64,000 nt of DNA, from the NCBI GenBank assembly GCA_964106915.2, contig OZ066916.1. One strand, 5' to 3'. The notes beneath the pieces are model-generated. The model was not told the DNA's origin. It made no database searches and saw only the letters and a list, made by a program, of their open reading frames with translations. Numbering within the stretch: position 1 is the first letter of the stretch; each line of letters opens with the position of its first letter. A program made the translations under genes and the position numbers. This document shows, in pieces, positions 62,784 to 64,000 of this stretch. Source of the stretch: Podarcis gaigeae. Lineage: Eukaryota.

Positions 62784-63215
62784 TGGAGGACCATAGGTTA
62801 GCCACCCCCGTGTGACTTATTTAAAAATAAGAGTGAGTAGCTCTTTAAAATTCTTACATATATTTTCAGCTTGTGGCCAAGATGACAATCTACCCATCCA
62901 GACTTGAGGGCTGAACATAGATCTGAGGCTGTAGGGTTATTGCTGTGTTTACACAATACATTGGCCTTGATGCCGAGTATCCCCCACTGTCTATCAAAGA
63001 AAGTCACATTGCAAATTTTCCTTTCCCAAAGTCACCTATATGAAGCTCTAGGCCTTACATCCATTTTTAATACCTGGCTCCTTACCTACGTCTGCGAAAT
63101 TCCAAGTTCAGCGTATAGTTCAAAACTTCACACTTCCATGGGCAAGTCAGATTTGTGTTATCAACTCACGGAATCTTAAACAAGAGACCTTTTTAAGTTT
63201 GTGAAAGAACTGCAT

Positions 63216-63230
63216 TGCCCTCTGGTGGCA
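63216..63230 (-). promoter_or_regulatory. Candidate CTCF binding site
   Basis: Minus strand reads tGCCACCAGAGGGCA, a close match to the CTCF core CCACCAGRGGGC; lies in apparently unique sequence. Confidence 0.5.
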
Positions 63231-64000
63231 TCCATAAAGCATGCATGAAGCAACCATCTGCAATCATGCAGTTCCAAATGCAGGACCTCATTCCTTAAAT
63301 TTTCCATTGCTTTATAACAGACTGGTCATAGAGCAACCAATGATCCCAAACAGTAAACAAGATTTTCTAAAGAACAAGGTTTCCTAAAGAACGCTGTCAG
63401 GCCTCAAATCTTTTTGGCAATGCAATGAGTTTGAAGGACAAGGTCAAAAGCTCTGAACATTGCTCATGCACATATTGAAAATAAATGGGCTTATGTGCAC
63501 CCAATTCTGCATAGGATTGAGACGAATGCGGCTACAAAGACCCCCCACCCCCCACCACCACATGTTACATGTTTTGGAGAAATATGCACAGCCACAAAGA
63601 TCTGAGGCATTCAGAGGGTAAACTATTCCCTTTGGGATATATTAGATTAGAAGGTAAAAGAGGCTTCTTAGAAGTGACACATTCCATGGCACTTCTTCCC
63701 CACTGGAATTGGCTCTACTTCATCCATGATGGCTTCTTGGCACCAGGCAAAGAGTAGTTTTATTCCAGAAAGTTTCCGGGTGTATTGGAAGTTTACTGCT
63801 GCTTAACTAACTATGGTTGCTGTATTTTTAGTTCCTTAATGTTTCTACAGTTTTACAATAATTGTTTCCCTGTGGTTTTTTTAAAAATTTTATTTTTTCA
63901 GACATACCAAAAGGCATAATAGAAAGATTCTGATGAACAAAATGTATGCAAGCATCGTTTTCATTTAGTAGGAAGCTTTGTAGCCTGCAGAGTTAAATAA

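Noticed and set aside
41400-64000. miR-30a / miR-30c-2 hairpins expected from mammalian synteny
   Set aside because: I did not find TGTAAACATCC or its complement GGATGTTTACA by eye; cactctcagc at ~54850 is only a partial match. The hairpins are probably beyond the window; an exact search would settle it.

Overview
Vertebrate (squamate, most likely lacertid-lizard) genomic DNA, inferred from six Sauria SINE copies and other reptile-type repeats. The only supportable protein-coding gene is OGFRL1 (opioid growth factor receptor-like 1) on the + strand. It has a CpG-island promoter (~25.95-27.3 kb), seven GT-AG coding exons (26669-37297, 537 aa, or 538 with a NAGNAG-added Gln) and a probable 3' UTR of about 4 kb ending near AATAAA at 41309. 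The rest is intergenic or intronic DNA dense in non-autonomous transposons: TA-flanked Tc1/pogo-type MITEs, 8-bp-TSD hAT MITEs (several nested), tRNA-derived SINEs, solo LTRs and Penelope-like element (PLE) ends. Points most worth a second look: (1) a nearly intact minimal hammerhead-ribozyme motif in a PLE end at 43226-43270, sense to and ~1.9 kb past the putative OGFRL1 poly(A) signal, plus two other PLE ends whose breakpoints appear to fall on the ribozyme; (2) a well-contexted uORF in frame with OGFRL1 and separated from it by a single TAG, so readthrough would bury the MGxxxS myristoylation motif; (3) NAGNAG and +4 tandem splice sites; (4) a SINE-supplied AATAAA and an inverted SINE pair inside the pre-mRNA. 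Nearly all other entries in the ORF track look like chance ORFs. Repeat-family names are from recalled consensus features, not a database search.
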